64,000 nt of DNA from Candidatus Bathyarchaeota archaeon (GTDB lineage: Archaea > Thermoproteota > Bathyarchaeia > Bathyarchaeales > Bathycorpusculaceae), in contig CAVYHV010000009.1 of NCBI GenBank assembly GCA_963768425.1, positions 192,001 to 256,000 of the forward strand, given 5' to 3'. The translations under genes and the position numbers were made by a program. The first letter of the stretch is position 1. Every line of letters starts with the position of its first letter. The notes beneath the pieces are model-generated. The model ran no database searches. It saw only the letters and a program-made list of their open reading frames with translations, and was not told the origin of the DNA. Shown in pieces: positions 12,397 to 22,645 of this stretch.

Positions 12397-12567
12397 TTAC
12401 TGTATCTTTACTTTCTTTACCCTGTATAGGTTGGATTTGCCGCAATTTGATGCTTTTTTATAAATAGTTTTTGCTTTTTCCAAATTGTCTAACACTATTA
12501 CGCTTCTGGTTGATCTGGCTCCTTTAAATTTAGGGTCCTTTAGTTTTTGGTAAAACTGTTTTCTCAT
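12397..12567 (-). CDS. Small basic protein (56 aa)
   Basis: MRKQFYQKLKDPKFKGARSTRSVIVLD..., preceded by GAGGAG; below ORF-track cutoff. Confidence 0.4.
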   Translation of the reverse strand: MRKQFYQKLKDPKFKGARSTRSVIVLDNLEKAKTIYKKASNCGKSNLYRVKKVKIQ

Positions 12568-12715
12568 CTCCTCTTATAACTAGTTATTCTCCTCACAGCT
12601 TCAATGAAGGGTACGCACCTATTCGATCACTAAGAGGGTCACTATGGCGACGCATCCAAGCTCCCTTCAATCATGCTGACGTCCACTGTTAACGATAATT
12701 CGCTAGGCAGATTAC

Positions 12716-13237
12716 TTATTTTTCTTCTTTTTCCTCCTGTTTACCCAAATCTTTTGAATTAATCAAATCGCTAACCTCCTTGTCGCTGTAGCCTCTTGGA
12801 AGCCGGAAAAAAAGACGTGCCATTCTGCTTTAAATCCGAAAGAAACTCTTCCCTATCTTTCTCAGACCAGGTTTGCGGACATGCGCCAAACACTCCGATA
12901 GGTCATCTTGAAAATTGTAGAAATGCAACCTAAAGAAGTACTCAACAATGTCGTGGGTTCCGTCGCATCCCAACACCATGGGAACAACAAAACAGTAGAG
13001 CTCAGTTATCCGCCGGAGCATAACTTCCAAATTCTTAAAAATCAGATCAGCGTTTTCAACCAGAAGCTCTTCCGAACCAGTCTGCCGATATTTTTCTTCT
13101 ATTTCATCAACTTTAGCAAAAAGCAGCTTCTCTGCTTCAGAGAAAGAATTAAAATCAATCTTTATCCCAGGGTTAATTGGATCAGCTAATTGTTTAGTCA
13201 AGTTGTTCACTCTATTGTCTAGTTGCCAGGGTTTCAT
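12716..13237 (-). CDS. Hypothetical helical protein, frameshifted
   Basis: ORF 12830-13237 continues in another frame to a stop at 12716; coupled to the upstream gene. Confidence 0.6.
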
Positions 13238-13634
13238 CGTACAAATACTCCCTTAGCAGCCTTTTGCTCCAAAGCTCTGAGCCGATTCACAAGATCAGGT
13301 AAAACTAATGTTTCAAACATCAAAGAATTCACCTTTATCATCATGTTCAACGCACCTAACTGAGCCAACGGGTTAGATGAAGAGAGCACACGCAGACTGG
13401 CCTGCCGATAGATCTGCTCGTAGCGATTCACTATTTTCAGCACCACATCTTCAGGTTTGATGACGCTCTGAAGAATCAGCTGCCAGCTTGCGCGAGTCTC
13501 AAAATCATTATAGATCGTACGTTCTGCACACCGTATTTTTGACTTAGCTGCTTAACTATTTCAGCTTGAGTTAAGCCTAAGCCTTCAAGCTTTAGCAGCT
13601 CCAAACGCCTACTCACAACATCCGACTCACTCAT
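13234..13634 (-). CDS. HTH protein, frameshifted; mobile-element-like
   Basis: RRLELLKL..LGLTQAEIVKQLSQKYG...RTIYND helix-turn-helix joined to ORF 13234-13446. Confidence 0.65.
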
Positions 13635-13789
13635 ACCCAAAACCACACTCCAACGCAGATGCACCCAGACATCGCCAGACACCTTTGATGAGCGAACTTC
13701 ACTTTTTTCGTCGTCAGTTTGTTCATTTTCCTGTGTCAAGTCCTTAAATACCACATGCAGTTACGTTAAGAAAATATTCAAGCTCTACC

Positions 13790-13835
13790 TGTCAAAGTTG
13801 ACAAACCAACATACAATTTACTGCCAACTTTGACA
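13790..13835. promoter_or_regulatory. Inverted pair of palindromic operators between divergent HTH genes
   Basis: TGTCAAAGTTGACA (13790-13803) and TGCCAACTTTGACA (13822-13835) are reverse complements at 13/14. Confidence 0.5.
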
Positions 13836-14276
13836 CATGGGCGGTGGCATAATGGAAAAAACACCCGGAAGACCCATAGAATCAAGCCCTTTAGAAAAAC
13901 ACAACTAAGCTCGGACGCAAAAATCATAGCAGCCCTCATAAAACTGCAGCCTCAAACCAGAGAAGAAATCTGCGAAAAAACAGAAATCAGCGAACGAACC
14001 TTCTACAGAAACATCGCGGTACTGGAAAAACAGCAAATAATCAAATGCCAAGATCGCCTGTACTCTCTTTGGGATTTTGATTTCTTAGAAAAGAAAATAG
14101 AGGATGCATTATCTAAACTGATAAGGGAGTGCGCAATGATCTATCCTGATTATGTAGTTAACGAAGTTGGGAAACCTTGGCCTGAAATTCAAGCCGCAAC
14201 CTACAAAATCGTCAAGAAACTCGGATTAACCATAACCAAGGCGGGAAACCAAACAGTTTTTCTCAAAATCAACTAA
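13830..14276 (+). CDS. Winged-HTH DNA-binding protein
   Basis: TREEICEKTEISERTFYRNIAVLEKQQII; true start possibly ATG 13852 with a frameshift. Confidence 0.7.
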   Translation: MTHGRWHNGKNTRKTHRIKPFRKTQLSSDAKIIAALIKLQPQTREEICEKTEISERTFYRNIAVLEKQQIIKCQDRLYSLWDFDFLEKKIEDALSKLIRECAMIYPDYVVNEVGKPWPEIQAATYKIVKKLGLTITKAGNQTVFLKIN

Positions 14277-14525
14277 GAAATCAAGTCAACAAGTTGCGCA
14301 TTGCAACTCTCTAACATGCTCTTGCACAATCTCTAACTAAAAAAACCCCAAATCCCAAAGCCTTCACCAAAATAAGCCTAAATTGACCACTTCCAACTCA
14401 GTCCGCTCCCCCTAAATTGCAACTTTCTTGCAAATCCACTTAACCTCCAATTTCAATTCAGTCCGCTAAACAAACAGGGTGCTGCTGCAAAAACGTTAAG
14501 CTATTATTCGTGAGACAATTTAATT

Positions 14526-15629
14526 ATGCCGAGGAGCAATGTGATGGTGAAGATTTGCATTATTCTGGGAACTAGACCCGAAATAGTAAAGTTTTCACCC
14601 ATCATACGCGAATGCGAGCGGCTGCATTTAGACTATTTTATTTTGCATACTGGGCAGCATTACAGCTATAATATGGATAGGGTCTTTTTTGAGCAGCTTG
14701 AATTGCCCGACGCAAAATACAACCTTGACGTAGGCTCAGGCACGCATGGAAAACAAACGGGCAAAATGCTCGCGGGCATAGAAGAGATTTTGCTGCGGGA
14801 ATCTCCCGACGTGGTATTGGTTGAGGGTGACACAAACACGGTGCTAGCAGGCGCATTAGCCGCTGTGAAACTCGGCATCAAAGTTGGGCATGTGGAGGCT
14901 GGGCTACGCAGTTATGATCGGCGAATGCCTGAGGAAACCAACCGTGTTTTGGCTGACCACTGCGCGGACTACTTGTTTGCGCCCACACCCAAATCAAAAG
15001 AAATCCTGCTTCATGAGGGCATAGCAGAAAACCAAATTTTCATGGTGGGCAACACAATCGTGGATGCGGTGCACCAGAACTTGAAGATAGCGAAGTCTAA
15101 AACTCAAATTCTCAGACCAGTTGTGTCTTGATGAGGGCAAGTTTATGTTGGCTACGTCGCACAGGCAAGAGAACGTGGACGACAAAAACCGATTCGCAGG
15201 CATCATCAAGGGATTGCAGCTGGTTCAAAGCGAGTTTGGGGTTCCGTTGGTTTATCCTATTCATCCCCGTGCACAGAAAACAGCTTGATCTGTTTGGTAT
15301 AGATACGGGTGGGTTAACGTTGGTTGAGCCTCTGGATTATTTGGCGTTTCTTGATGCTTGAAAGCAAAGCAAAACTCGTCTTAACCGACTCAGGCGGGGT
15401 GCAAGAAGAAACCTGCATCCTCGGTGTGCCCTGCGTTACCTTGAGAGATAATACGGAGAGACCTGAAACCCTAGACGTTGGCTCAAACATCCTAGCTGGA
15501 ACTGACCCCGACAAAATCCTTGAAGCAGCAAAAGTTAGCTGTGCCCAAAAGAAAACGTGGACCAATCCGTTCGGTGACGGCAAAACCGGCTCAAAAATAA
15601 TAAATATTCTAAGGGACCAACTCAAATAG
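14526..15629 (+). CDS. wecB: UDP-N-acetylglucosamine 2-epimerase (non-hydrolysing), frameshifted
   Basis: GTRPEIVK, HTGQHY, EGDTNT, HVEAGLRS, PEETNR, TDSGGVQEE, TERPE, NPFGDG. Confidence 0.95.
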
Positions 15630-15760
15630 CTTCAAAGCTTTCGAAAACAAGATGTTATGCGGTAAATCTTAATTTACCTTTCTGAAGCTTTTTCTGGGAA
15701 ACTGTAATATATCAATTTGCATCACTGTATTATCAGTAAAGAACCTGATAGTTGATTTGC

Positions 15761-15988
15761 ATGGAAGAGATCGCGGATAGAATAGTTATCGATCCCGACG
15801 TCATGGTGGGAAAACCAGTCATAAAGGGGACTCGAATTCCAGTTTACCTTATTGTTGAGTTTGTGGCAAACGGTATGACTGAAAAAGAGATCATAAAGGA
15901 GTACCCGCAATTAAGAAAGGCAGACATCAAAGCTGCGCTTCTTTATGCTTCAAAATGCTTAGAACGTGAAGTCACTGTTACGCTTTAA
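15761..15988 (+). CDS. DUF433 family antitoxin
   Basis: RIVIDPDVMVGKPVIKGTRIPV...EYPQL..ADIKAALLYA. Confidence 0.9.
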   Translation: MEEIADRIVIDPDVMVGKPVIKGTRIPVYLIVEFVANGMTEKEIIKEYPQLRKADIKAALLYASKCLEREVTVTL

Positions 15989-16040
15989 GGGCAAAGCTTT
16001 TGACAGGTATATTAATAGACGAAAACGTGCCAAATAACGT

Positions 16041-16160
16041 GAGGGAATACTGTTAAGGCGTAAAAAGTCATTTTGGGATACGTTAGGTTCAGGATCACAA
16101 TTTGCTACTGTTGAAGAAATGAACAAGCTTCTTGACAAGCTCAGGCACGAAGATGAATAA
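16041..16160 (+). pseudogene. C-terminal remnant of an AbrB/VapB-type antitoxin
   Basis: EGILLRRKKSFWDTLGSG...LDKLRHEDE*, overlapping the PIN start; N-terminus absent. Confidence 0.5.
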
Positions 16161-16536
16161 AGCAACTTTCGACAGCAGATTTTTCGTAGAATTCTACTAC
16201 TCCAAAGACCAAGCTTTAAGGCAAAAGATGTTGGAGAGAAAAAGGTTCAAAGACAAGTATGTCTCTGCAATAGTGATCCATGAAGTGTACAATCTGTCTC
16301 TTTCTCGAGACGGCCTGTGAAGTTGCCCAGCTAAGAGCCATATCAATGGGGGAGGAATTCCAAGTAATACCTGTTGACGGTCAAATAGCGCAACTCTCCG
16401 CTGAACTTAGGCACAAATACCGGCTTTCAATGGGAGACAGTATGATTGCGGCAACTGCCTCTTCCTCAAGGCAGTCTGCATCTCAGACGACCCCCATTTC
16501 AAACAAATTAAAGAAATTGAAACCGAGTGGATCTAA
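16153..16536 (+). CDS. vapC: PIN-domain (VapC) toxin, frameshifted
   Basis: FDSRFF, VSAIVIHEV, LSMGDSMIAATA, SDDPHF. Confidence 0.8.
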
Positions 16537-16633
16537 AGCAACTTACAATAAACTAGGCAAGAAAGCCATGATCACTGAGTATGGGATGACTTGAGCCAAC
16601 CTTTATTTAATCTTCTGAATTCAAATATATGTC

Positions 16634-16846
16634 GTGGAGGAGAGTCTTTTGGAAAATCAAAAAAAGATCGAAGAGACTCAAAAGATGAAGTCCTTTACTT
16701 GCCCAACCTGCGGATGGACCGTAATAACGCCTTTCGGTGACGATGATATAATTGACCACGCTATACTTCACTCGAAGCAACATCATTCCGGTGGTTTAAC
16801 TAGAAGCAATGCTGAGGCTGTAAAGAAAAGGATTAAGGACATATAA
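16634..16846 (+). CDS. Small metal-binding protein (DUF1059-like)
   Basis: FTCPTCGW...HAILHSKQHH. Confidence 0.6.
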   Translation: MEESLLENQKKIEETQKMKSFTCPTCGWTVITPFGDDDIIDHAILHSKQHHSGGLTRSNAEAVKKRIKDI

Positions 16847-16888
16847 ATTTCAAGAAACCCTATTCCACAGAATTTCGGGACAAATGCA

Positions 16889-16913
16889 GCTCGCTGGTTT
16901 GTCCTGAAATTGG
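16889..16913 (+). repeat. 25-bp boundary site, copy 1 (overlaps an inverted degenerate copy, forming hairpin 16871-16911)
   Basis: GCTCGCTGGTTTGTCCTGAAATTGG. Confidence 0.75.
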
Positions 16914-17021
16914 TGTAAGCTGCTTTCCAGCAATTGAAATATACGCAATGAGCAAGCTCTACGGTTCAGAATTGTGTAAAACTTAAATTCGATTAGCAAA
17001 CTAAATAGGTTCATGAGCTAA

Positions 17022-17630
17022 ATGCATTGGCTAAAGAGACGGCTTATCCATGAAAATGTCTTAATTCGGACCGCTACGTTATGGATTCTGTGTTTTGTTT
17101 TATTGACTGTCGCATGGTTTGTTAGTTTCTATTTTCTTCCCTACGGCATTCTTAGAGGCGTATTCCCCTCAGCGTACTTGCCTTTAGGGAACAGTTTTCT
17201 CAGCGTTTTCTTTGCCATATTCCTGTTTAATTTGCTCGTCGGATGTGGGCTTTCTGTTGCCTTGAATCTATTGAGCGCGAAGTCCATTCCGCTAGGTTAC
17301 CTCTATCCTTTGATCCAAGTCAGCCTTTTCGGAATCTTCTTAGGAACAGATTCATTTGCAATTACACACGGAAGCAAGCTTTTTCCGAGTATTATCACGC
17401 TCGTTGGTGGAGCTGGCTTCTATGAACTTACGTCATATGTCCTTGTTGCCACAGCCACAGCTGGGTTTACATTATGGAATCAAACGGGATGGCTAGGAGG
17501 CAGTTTAGTTAAAATTAGGGAAAGAAAAGAGTTGAAACTTTCTAGGTCAGAGCTATTCACTATTACCATTGGAGTTTTACTTCTTCTCGTGGCAGGTGCC
17601 ATAGAAGCTATTGGTATTATGGGAGCTTAA
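17022..17630 (+). CDS. Integral membrane protein (SpoIIM-like)
   Basis: About 5 TM helices; IFLFN, G.YEL..Y, LLLVAGAIEA. Confidence 0.6.
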   Translation: MHWLKRRLIHENVLIRTATLWILCFVLLTVAWFVSFYFLPYGILRGVFPSAYLPLGNSFLSVFFAIFLFNLLVGCGLSVALNLLSAKSIPLGYLYPLIQVSLFGIFLGTDSFAITHGSKLFPSIITLVGGAGFYELTSYVLVATATAGFTLWNQTGWLGGSLVKIRERKELKLSRSELFTITIGVLLLLVAGAIEAIGIMGA

Positions 17631-17654
17631 TGGGCGAGAAACCGAACAACTAAG

Positions 17655-19248
17655 CTACGTTGAGCGTTTAGAAGATTTGTCTCTTAATGAATAAACTAAT
17701 AGGAAGCCGAAGACTCCAAGTAAAATGAGGGTACCTGCCAGGATCAAGATTTCCGTTTCATTCATGGTGAGGGCTCCGTTGTCGTTCGCCTGCGTTGCAG
17801 ATTTGATTGTTACTTGGTGGGTGCTATGATGGTAAGTGAATGTTACTATCCAGTAGGATCCGTTTGAGTCTACGGAGGAGTTAACCAGGTTTCCATCGAT
17901 GTAGACTTGCAGGTTGCCCGCCGGAATCAACGTTTTAGCTATCGTTACCTTGGCGAACCCTGTTGTCCCTGTTGGTCCGCTGACTGTGAAGCTTAGCTCT
18001 GAGTCGGTAGAGTTGAAGAACAGGCTGGAGACGGTGCTATTTGATTCTATAGAGAAGTATGTTGCGGATGTGATTTGAGGTGGTTGAGTCGAGTTGCCGC
18101 TATAGGGGTAGGTGATGACTCCGCTGGTTTTAGGGTATGCTTGCGGGTTAGGCGCCGTTAAGCAGGGACTGATGCTTACCGTACCAAGAGTGGGATCGAA
18201 TGCGTGGTCGTGTACAGTTTGAGAGATTGCTTGTAAGTTGGTTGTTCCCCACCAGTTGTAGGTTGCGGTGAGGTTTATGTCGGATTCGTAGTAGATGTTG
18301 TATTGGCTGCTGTTGAGGATGTTGTTGCCTATAACCGTTGGCATTGTCGGGCTAGGAAAGGAGGGGCCAGACCAAAAGTTGAAGATAAATATACCTATAT
18401 TGTTGTTGATTAGAGTGTTGTTTTCAATAGTTGCTGAGGAGGAAACTGCCATGGCGTCTCTTGTACAGTTTTCCACCAAGTTGTTTTGGATAAGGGCAGT
18501 TGTTGAACCGCCTTCACCAGCGTCGATTCCATCAAGCCCACATGTGACGGTGTTGCCAATTATAACTGCATTAAGTTGGCCACTGTGCTTCAGCTGGTCC
18601 AGCAGCGATTGCAATACACAGAGATGGAGTATAAGCGGAGCCGTTAAAAGTTTGGTAGCGAGGAGAAATGCCCGCGATGACGTTGTTTTCAATCGTGGGC
18701 GACCCTTCTTCAACACCGATTTGACCAACAACATTGTTGTTTGAAATGACAGGCGCTTGCGAGCTTTCATTCCCGCTTATCTCACCGACAATGTTGCTGT
18801 CGATGATTCGTGGAGAACCGCCGAAAAGATAGATGTTGCCATCAATTGTGTCGTTATCTATCTTGGCAGAGTTGCAAAGTTCGAGGTAAGATACGTTTAC
18901 CACGGCGTCTTGGATAGCGGTTCCGCTTGAACCGCTTTGTGTTATCACGATGTCTCCGCTGCCGTAGAGCTGAATATTGTCAGCGTTTGTGCCGACCGCA
19001 ATTAACGTTCCCTCAACCTGCAGGATGGCACTCTGATTGAGGTCGACGGTGACGCCTGGCTGAATAGTTAACGTGGCTCCGCTTGCGACGATGACCGAAG
19101 ACGCAAGGGTGTATGGACTGTTGGAGGCAGTCCAAGTTGTGTCTGAACTGATGATGTCGGCGGAGTTCTCCCCGTTAACAGTTAAGGTGATAAAGAAAAA
19201 ACCGCAGATCAACACGGCAATCATGAGGGCGGTGGCAAGTTTCCTCAT
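17655..19248 (-). CDS. Surface protein with right-handed beta-helix repeats, frameshifted
   Basis: Signal peptide; DTTWT..NSPY; TLTIQPG; I.NN.I repeats; ATYNWWGT; C-terminal TM plus basic tail. Confidence 0.8.
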
Positions 19249-19382
19249 TCTATTCCCAAACTGGAAGTGACTTTACGATTCTTATACATCTTTCTAATAA
19301 GTCGGCAGGGGGATTAGCGCTTGCAAAAAAGGAGAAAAAGAACATGTGAAGCAGACGTATATTTTAAGCCGTCACGCAGTAA

Positions 19383-19407
19383 GCGCGCCAGTTCGTTGCT
19401 AAATTGA
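19383..19407 (+). repeat. 25-bp boundary site, copy 2 (degenerate)
   Basis: GCGCGCCAGTTCGTTGCTAAATTGA. Confidence 0.6.
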
Positions 19408-19434
19408 TTTCTTTATGTTAGTTTCTGCTTATCT

Positions 19435-19630
19435 TGCAAGCATAGTGATGCATCTGGTTTTTCAGGTCTGTTCAGCCTCTATTCAGCCTTAAACTGTCGT
19501 CACCGTTAAAACATGACGATCACGCAGAGCAGCGATACGAAATTAAGGATTTACAGTCAGGAAGATCGGAGTGCGATTACCGCAAGAGAACGCACAAAGA
19601 AGCGGTGCACGCGATGGGCTGGCGCTTGCA
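19435..19630 (+). ncRNA. Candidate structured RNA
   Basis: Closing stem TGCAAGC/GCTTGCA, internal stems and an H-type pseudoknot; no credible ORF. Confidence 0.35.
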
Positions 19631-20027
19631 TTCTAAAGACAAAAAATAAAAACAATCAAAATAATCATTAACAACCAAAAGCTCATCAGCGGATTCTGAA
19701 CTTTCGATAGATACTTCGCAATTATATGTTACGGTTTGTGACTGTTAGTTATCAATCACATAGATTCATATTCCTTTTTCAAGCTCTATGTTCTAACACC
19801 GTTCCTGATGCGCCTACTTTCATTTGATGAGTGCAAATTTTAGTTAACAAGAAACATGAAAGGATGAAAAACATGAATAAAACTAAAGTTTTTATGGTTA
19901 GATTTCCTATATCGTTTTCGTTGTTAATTTCTGAATTAGCGAGTATGCAATCTAAAGCTCTTACGTGCACCTACACTGCGAGCATGCCGCTAACATCCGC
20001 AAAGGGTTTATCCTGTGAGGTGAAACA

Positions 20028-21341
20028 ATGAAGCATGTGACAGCAAAGACTTTGAGAGTTGGCTGCATCCTTCTCGCTATCTTCTTTTTGTTATGTGCTT
20101 TCGCATTATTGCCTCAGCCAGTTCACGCTGCTACGAATACGGTGACGGCGACGGTAACCGTTGGAAGCGAGCCTGGCGGTGTGGCCGTAACGTCCAACGG
20201 TTCATACGTCTACGTTGCAAATTACGAGATCAACACAGCCTCGGTGATTAACACGGCGACGAACACGGTGACGGCGACGGCAACCGTTGGAAGCAAGCCT
20301 ACCGGTAGTCTCTGCACAGTTTTGTCGTCGGACTTGGCTTTAACGCCCAACGGCGAATACGCCTATGTAACAAATAGCGGCGGCACTACGGTTTCGGTGA
20401 TAAACACAGCGACGAATACGGTGACGGCAACGGTAACCGTTGGAACCGAGCCTGTTGGTGTGGCTGTAACGCCCAACGGTGCATACGCCTATGTAACAAA
20501 TTACGGTAGCAAGTCGGTTTCGGTGATAAACACGGCGACGAATACGGTGACGGCGACGGTAACCGTTGAAGACGAGCCTGGCGGTGTGGCTGTAACGCCC
20601 AACGGTGCATACGCCTATGTTGCAAATCTTGGCAGTAATTCGGTTTCGGTGATAAGCACGGCGACGAATACGGTGACGGCGACGGTACCTGTTGGAGGCT
20701 ATCCTGCCGGTGTGGCTGTAACGCCCAACGGTGCATACGCCTATGTTACAAATAGCGGTAACAATTCGGTTTCGGTGATAAGCACAGCGACGAATACGGT
20801 GACGGCGACGGTAACCGTTGGAATCATTCCTGTAGGTGTGGCTGTAACGCCCAACGGCGAATACGCCTACGTTGCAAATTACGTGAGCAACACAACCTCG
20901 GTGATTAACACGGCTACGAACACGGTGACGGCGACGGTAACCGTTGAAAGCGAACCTACCGGCGTGGCTGTAACGCCAAACGGTGCATACGCCTACGTTA
21001 CAAATTTTGGCAGTAATTCGGTTTCGGTGATAAGCACGGCGACAACTGCTTCCCCATCTCCTACAATTCCAGAATTTCCAGCCCAATTGCTAATAATTAC
21101 GTTAGTTGTCTTTATGATCACAGGCTTGTCTGCAGTTATTATTGCAAGGAAACGGATAACGCACAGGCGTGCTGGCTTGTCCTCAAATTCGTATATGCGA
21201 GACAAAAAAGAAGAGGGAAATTTTCAGTTTTTCTATTCTGGCTGTTTCGCCTATGTTATTTTCGGATGGTTTTTCTTGTTCTATCTTTGTATGCAACTGC
21301 GGAAGCGGTCAGTGCACTCATGGCTACAACAACTGAAATGA
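20028..21341 (+). CDS. YVTN-family 7-bladed beta-propeller surface protein with PEF-CTERM
   Basis: Seven 42-aa repeats (GVAVTPNG.YAYVTN..SVSVI.TATNTVTATV.VG); PTIPEFP, TM, RKR. Confidence 0.9.
   Translation: MKHVTAKTLRVGCILLAIFFLLCAFALLPQPVHAATNTVTATVTVGSEPGGVAVTSNGSYVYVANYEINTASVINTATNTVTATATVGSKPTGSLCTVLSSDLALTPNGEYAYVTNSGGTTVSVINTATNTVTATVTVGTEPVGVAVTPNGAYAYVTNYGSKSVSVINTATNTVTATVTVEDEPGGVAVTPNGAYAYVANLGSNSVSVISTATNTVTATVPVGGYPAGVAVTPNGAYAYVTNSGNNSVSVISTATNTVTATVTVGIIPVGVAVTPNGEYAYVANYVSNTTSVINTATNTVTATVTVESEPTGVAVTPNGAYAYVTNFGSNSVSVISTATTASPSPTIPEFPAQLLIITLVVFMITGLSAVIIARKRITHRRAGLSSNSYMRDKKEEGNFQFFYSGCFAYVIFGWFFLFYLCMQLRKRSVHSWLQQLK
21167..21191 (+). repeat. 25-bp boundary site, copy 3
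   Basis: GCGTGCTGGCTTGTCCTCAAATTCG directly after the YVTN anchor codons. Confidence 0.8.
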
Positions 21342-22404
21342 GCGCTGCATTGCTGAATTCCGGAACTTTCGGCGTGGGAGTTGATGTAGATGAGGTGGAA
21401 CTTGTTGGGGTTGCGGTTGTAGGTGTGCCTGAGGAAACTTGCGTAACGGTTACTGTGCCGGGGTCGTTTCCGTTAGTTACAAAGACTTGGCCAGTGCCTG
21501 AATCGTAAGCTATACCAGCTGCATTAGTTCCAACATTAAGGGTCGATGTAACGGTGTTGCTGGTGTCGGAAATGACTGTGCCGAGGCTGCCGATTATTTC
21601 GCCGTCGCTTGAATCATAGACTAAGGTACCTGCAGTTCCACCTAAAGGTCCCACGTTGTTGATCACCTTAGAGATCGCGTTGTTGCTGTCTGAGATGACG
21701 GTGATGTCGGTGCTGTTTGTCGCGTATATTCTGCCTTTGGCGGAATCGTAGACTAAGTTGCCTGGCGGCGAGTACGGATCTGTAGCCACCTTAATGGTTT
21801 TTATGACAGTGTTTGATTTGTCGGATATAACGGAAACGTCGACGCCGACTGTTACGGAAGCGAAGATTTCGCTTTTAGCTGAATCATACGCGAGCGAACC
21901 TGGGTAAGAGTTGATAGTGATGTTTGCGACAATGGTGTTGGTTGTGTCTGAAATAACTGAGACCGTGTCTGTGTAGGCATCGCAAACGAATATCTCGCCT
22001 TTGCCTGCGTCATAGGCTATTCCTGTGGCACCTCCCGAGAGATGTATGGTGGCAACAATTGTGTTCGAACTGTCCGATATTACGTCCACTCCGCCGCCGC
22101 TGCCTTGTTGAAGTTCGGAAACGAACATTTCGCCTTTGCCTGAATCATAAGCTAAAGCAAAAGGAGTGTATGACAATCCGCTTATAGTTTGAACGACGGT
22201 GTCAGAGCTATCTGAAATAACCGAAAGGGCACCTCCGTCAGGATCCGCAACGAATATCTCATGCATATTTGAATCGTATGCTACTGCGCCGGGGTAGACT
22301 CCTACCCCCGTAATCGATGTTTGGGCGTGAACTGAATTGGCTGCTGACAAGACAAAGATCACAATAGACAATAAACCCATAATCTTCCAAACTTTTGCTT
22401 TCAT
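21256..22404 (-). CDS. YncE-like beta-propeller surface protein with PEF-CTERM (paralog A)
   Basis: Repeats AYDS.KGEIFV..VISD.SNT.V; KVPEFS, TM, basic tail. Confidence 0.85.
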   Translation of the reverse strand: MKAKVWKIMGLLSIVIFVLSAANSVHAQTSITGVGVYPGAVAYDSNMHEIFVADPDGGALSVISDSSDTVVQTISGLSYTPFALAYDSGKGEMFVSELQQGSGGGVDVISDSSNTIVATIHLSGGATGIAYDAGKGEIFVCDAYTDTVSVISDTTNTIVANITINSYPGSLAYDSAKSEIFASVTVGVDVSVISDKSNTVIKTIKVATDPYSPPGNLVYDSAKGRIYATNSTDITVISDSNNAISKVINNVGPLGGTAGTLVYDSSDGEIIGSLGTVISDTSNTVTSTLNVGTNAAGIAYDSGTGQVFVTNGNDPGTVTVTQVSSGTPTTATPTSSTSSTSTPTPKVPEFSNAALISVVVAMSALTASAVAYKDRTRKTIRK

Positions 22405-22645
22405 ATGTATTCCTTTCCTTTCGTTTTATGGCTTGCACTTGATAAGTGAAAGCTAGCGCTAAGCCTTTGTTACCCCATAATCTATAAAAGACTTTACCAA
22501 AAATTTCTAAAACTTTTTCGGGACAAACATTCAGTTAATGAACAATTGTTTATAGGAATTGCGCGCTGCCGTATTGGATGTAGATTCTGAAAGCTCTTGA
22601 AACAAAGGTCCAAAAATAACGAGAAGATGGATAAAATAAAAAGGT

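Noticed and set aside
19490-19548. Hammerhead ribozyme (TGACGA...CGAAA)
   Set aside because: Lacks the CUGA core C and a proper stem II closing pair.
20128-21045. DGR template/variable repeats in the YVTN gene
   Set aside because: Ordinary in-frame propeller blades; no reverse transcriptase or non-coding template, and differences are not adenine-restricted.
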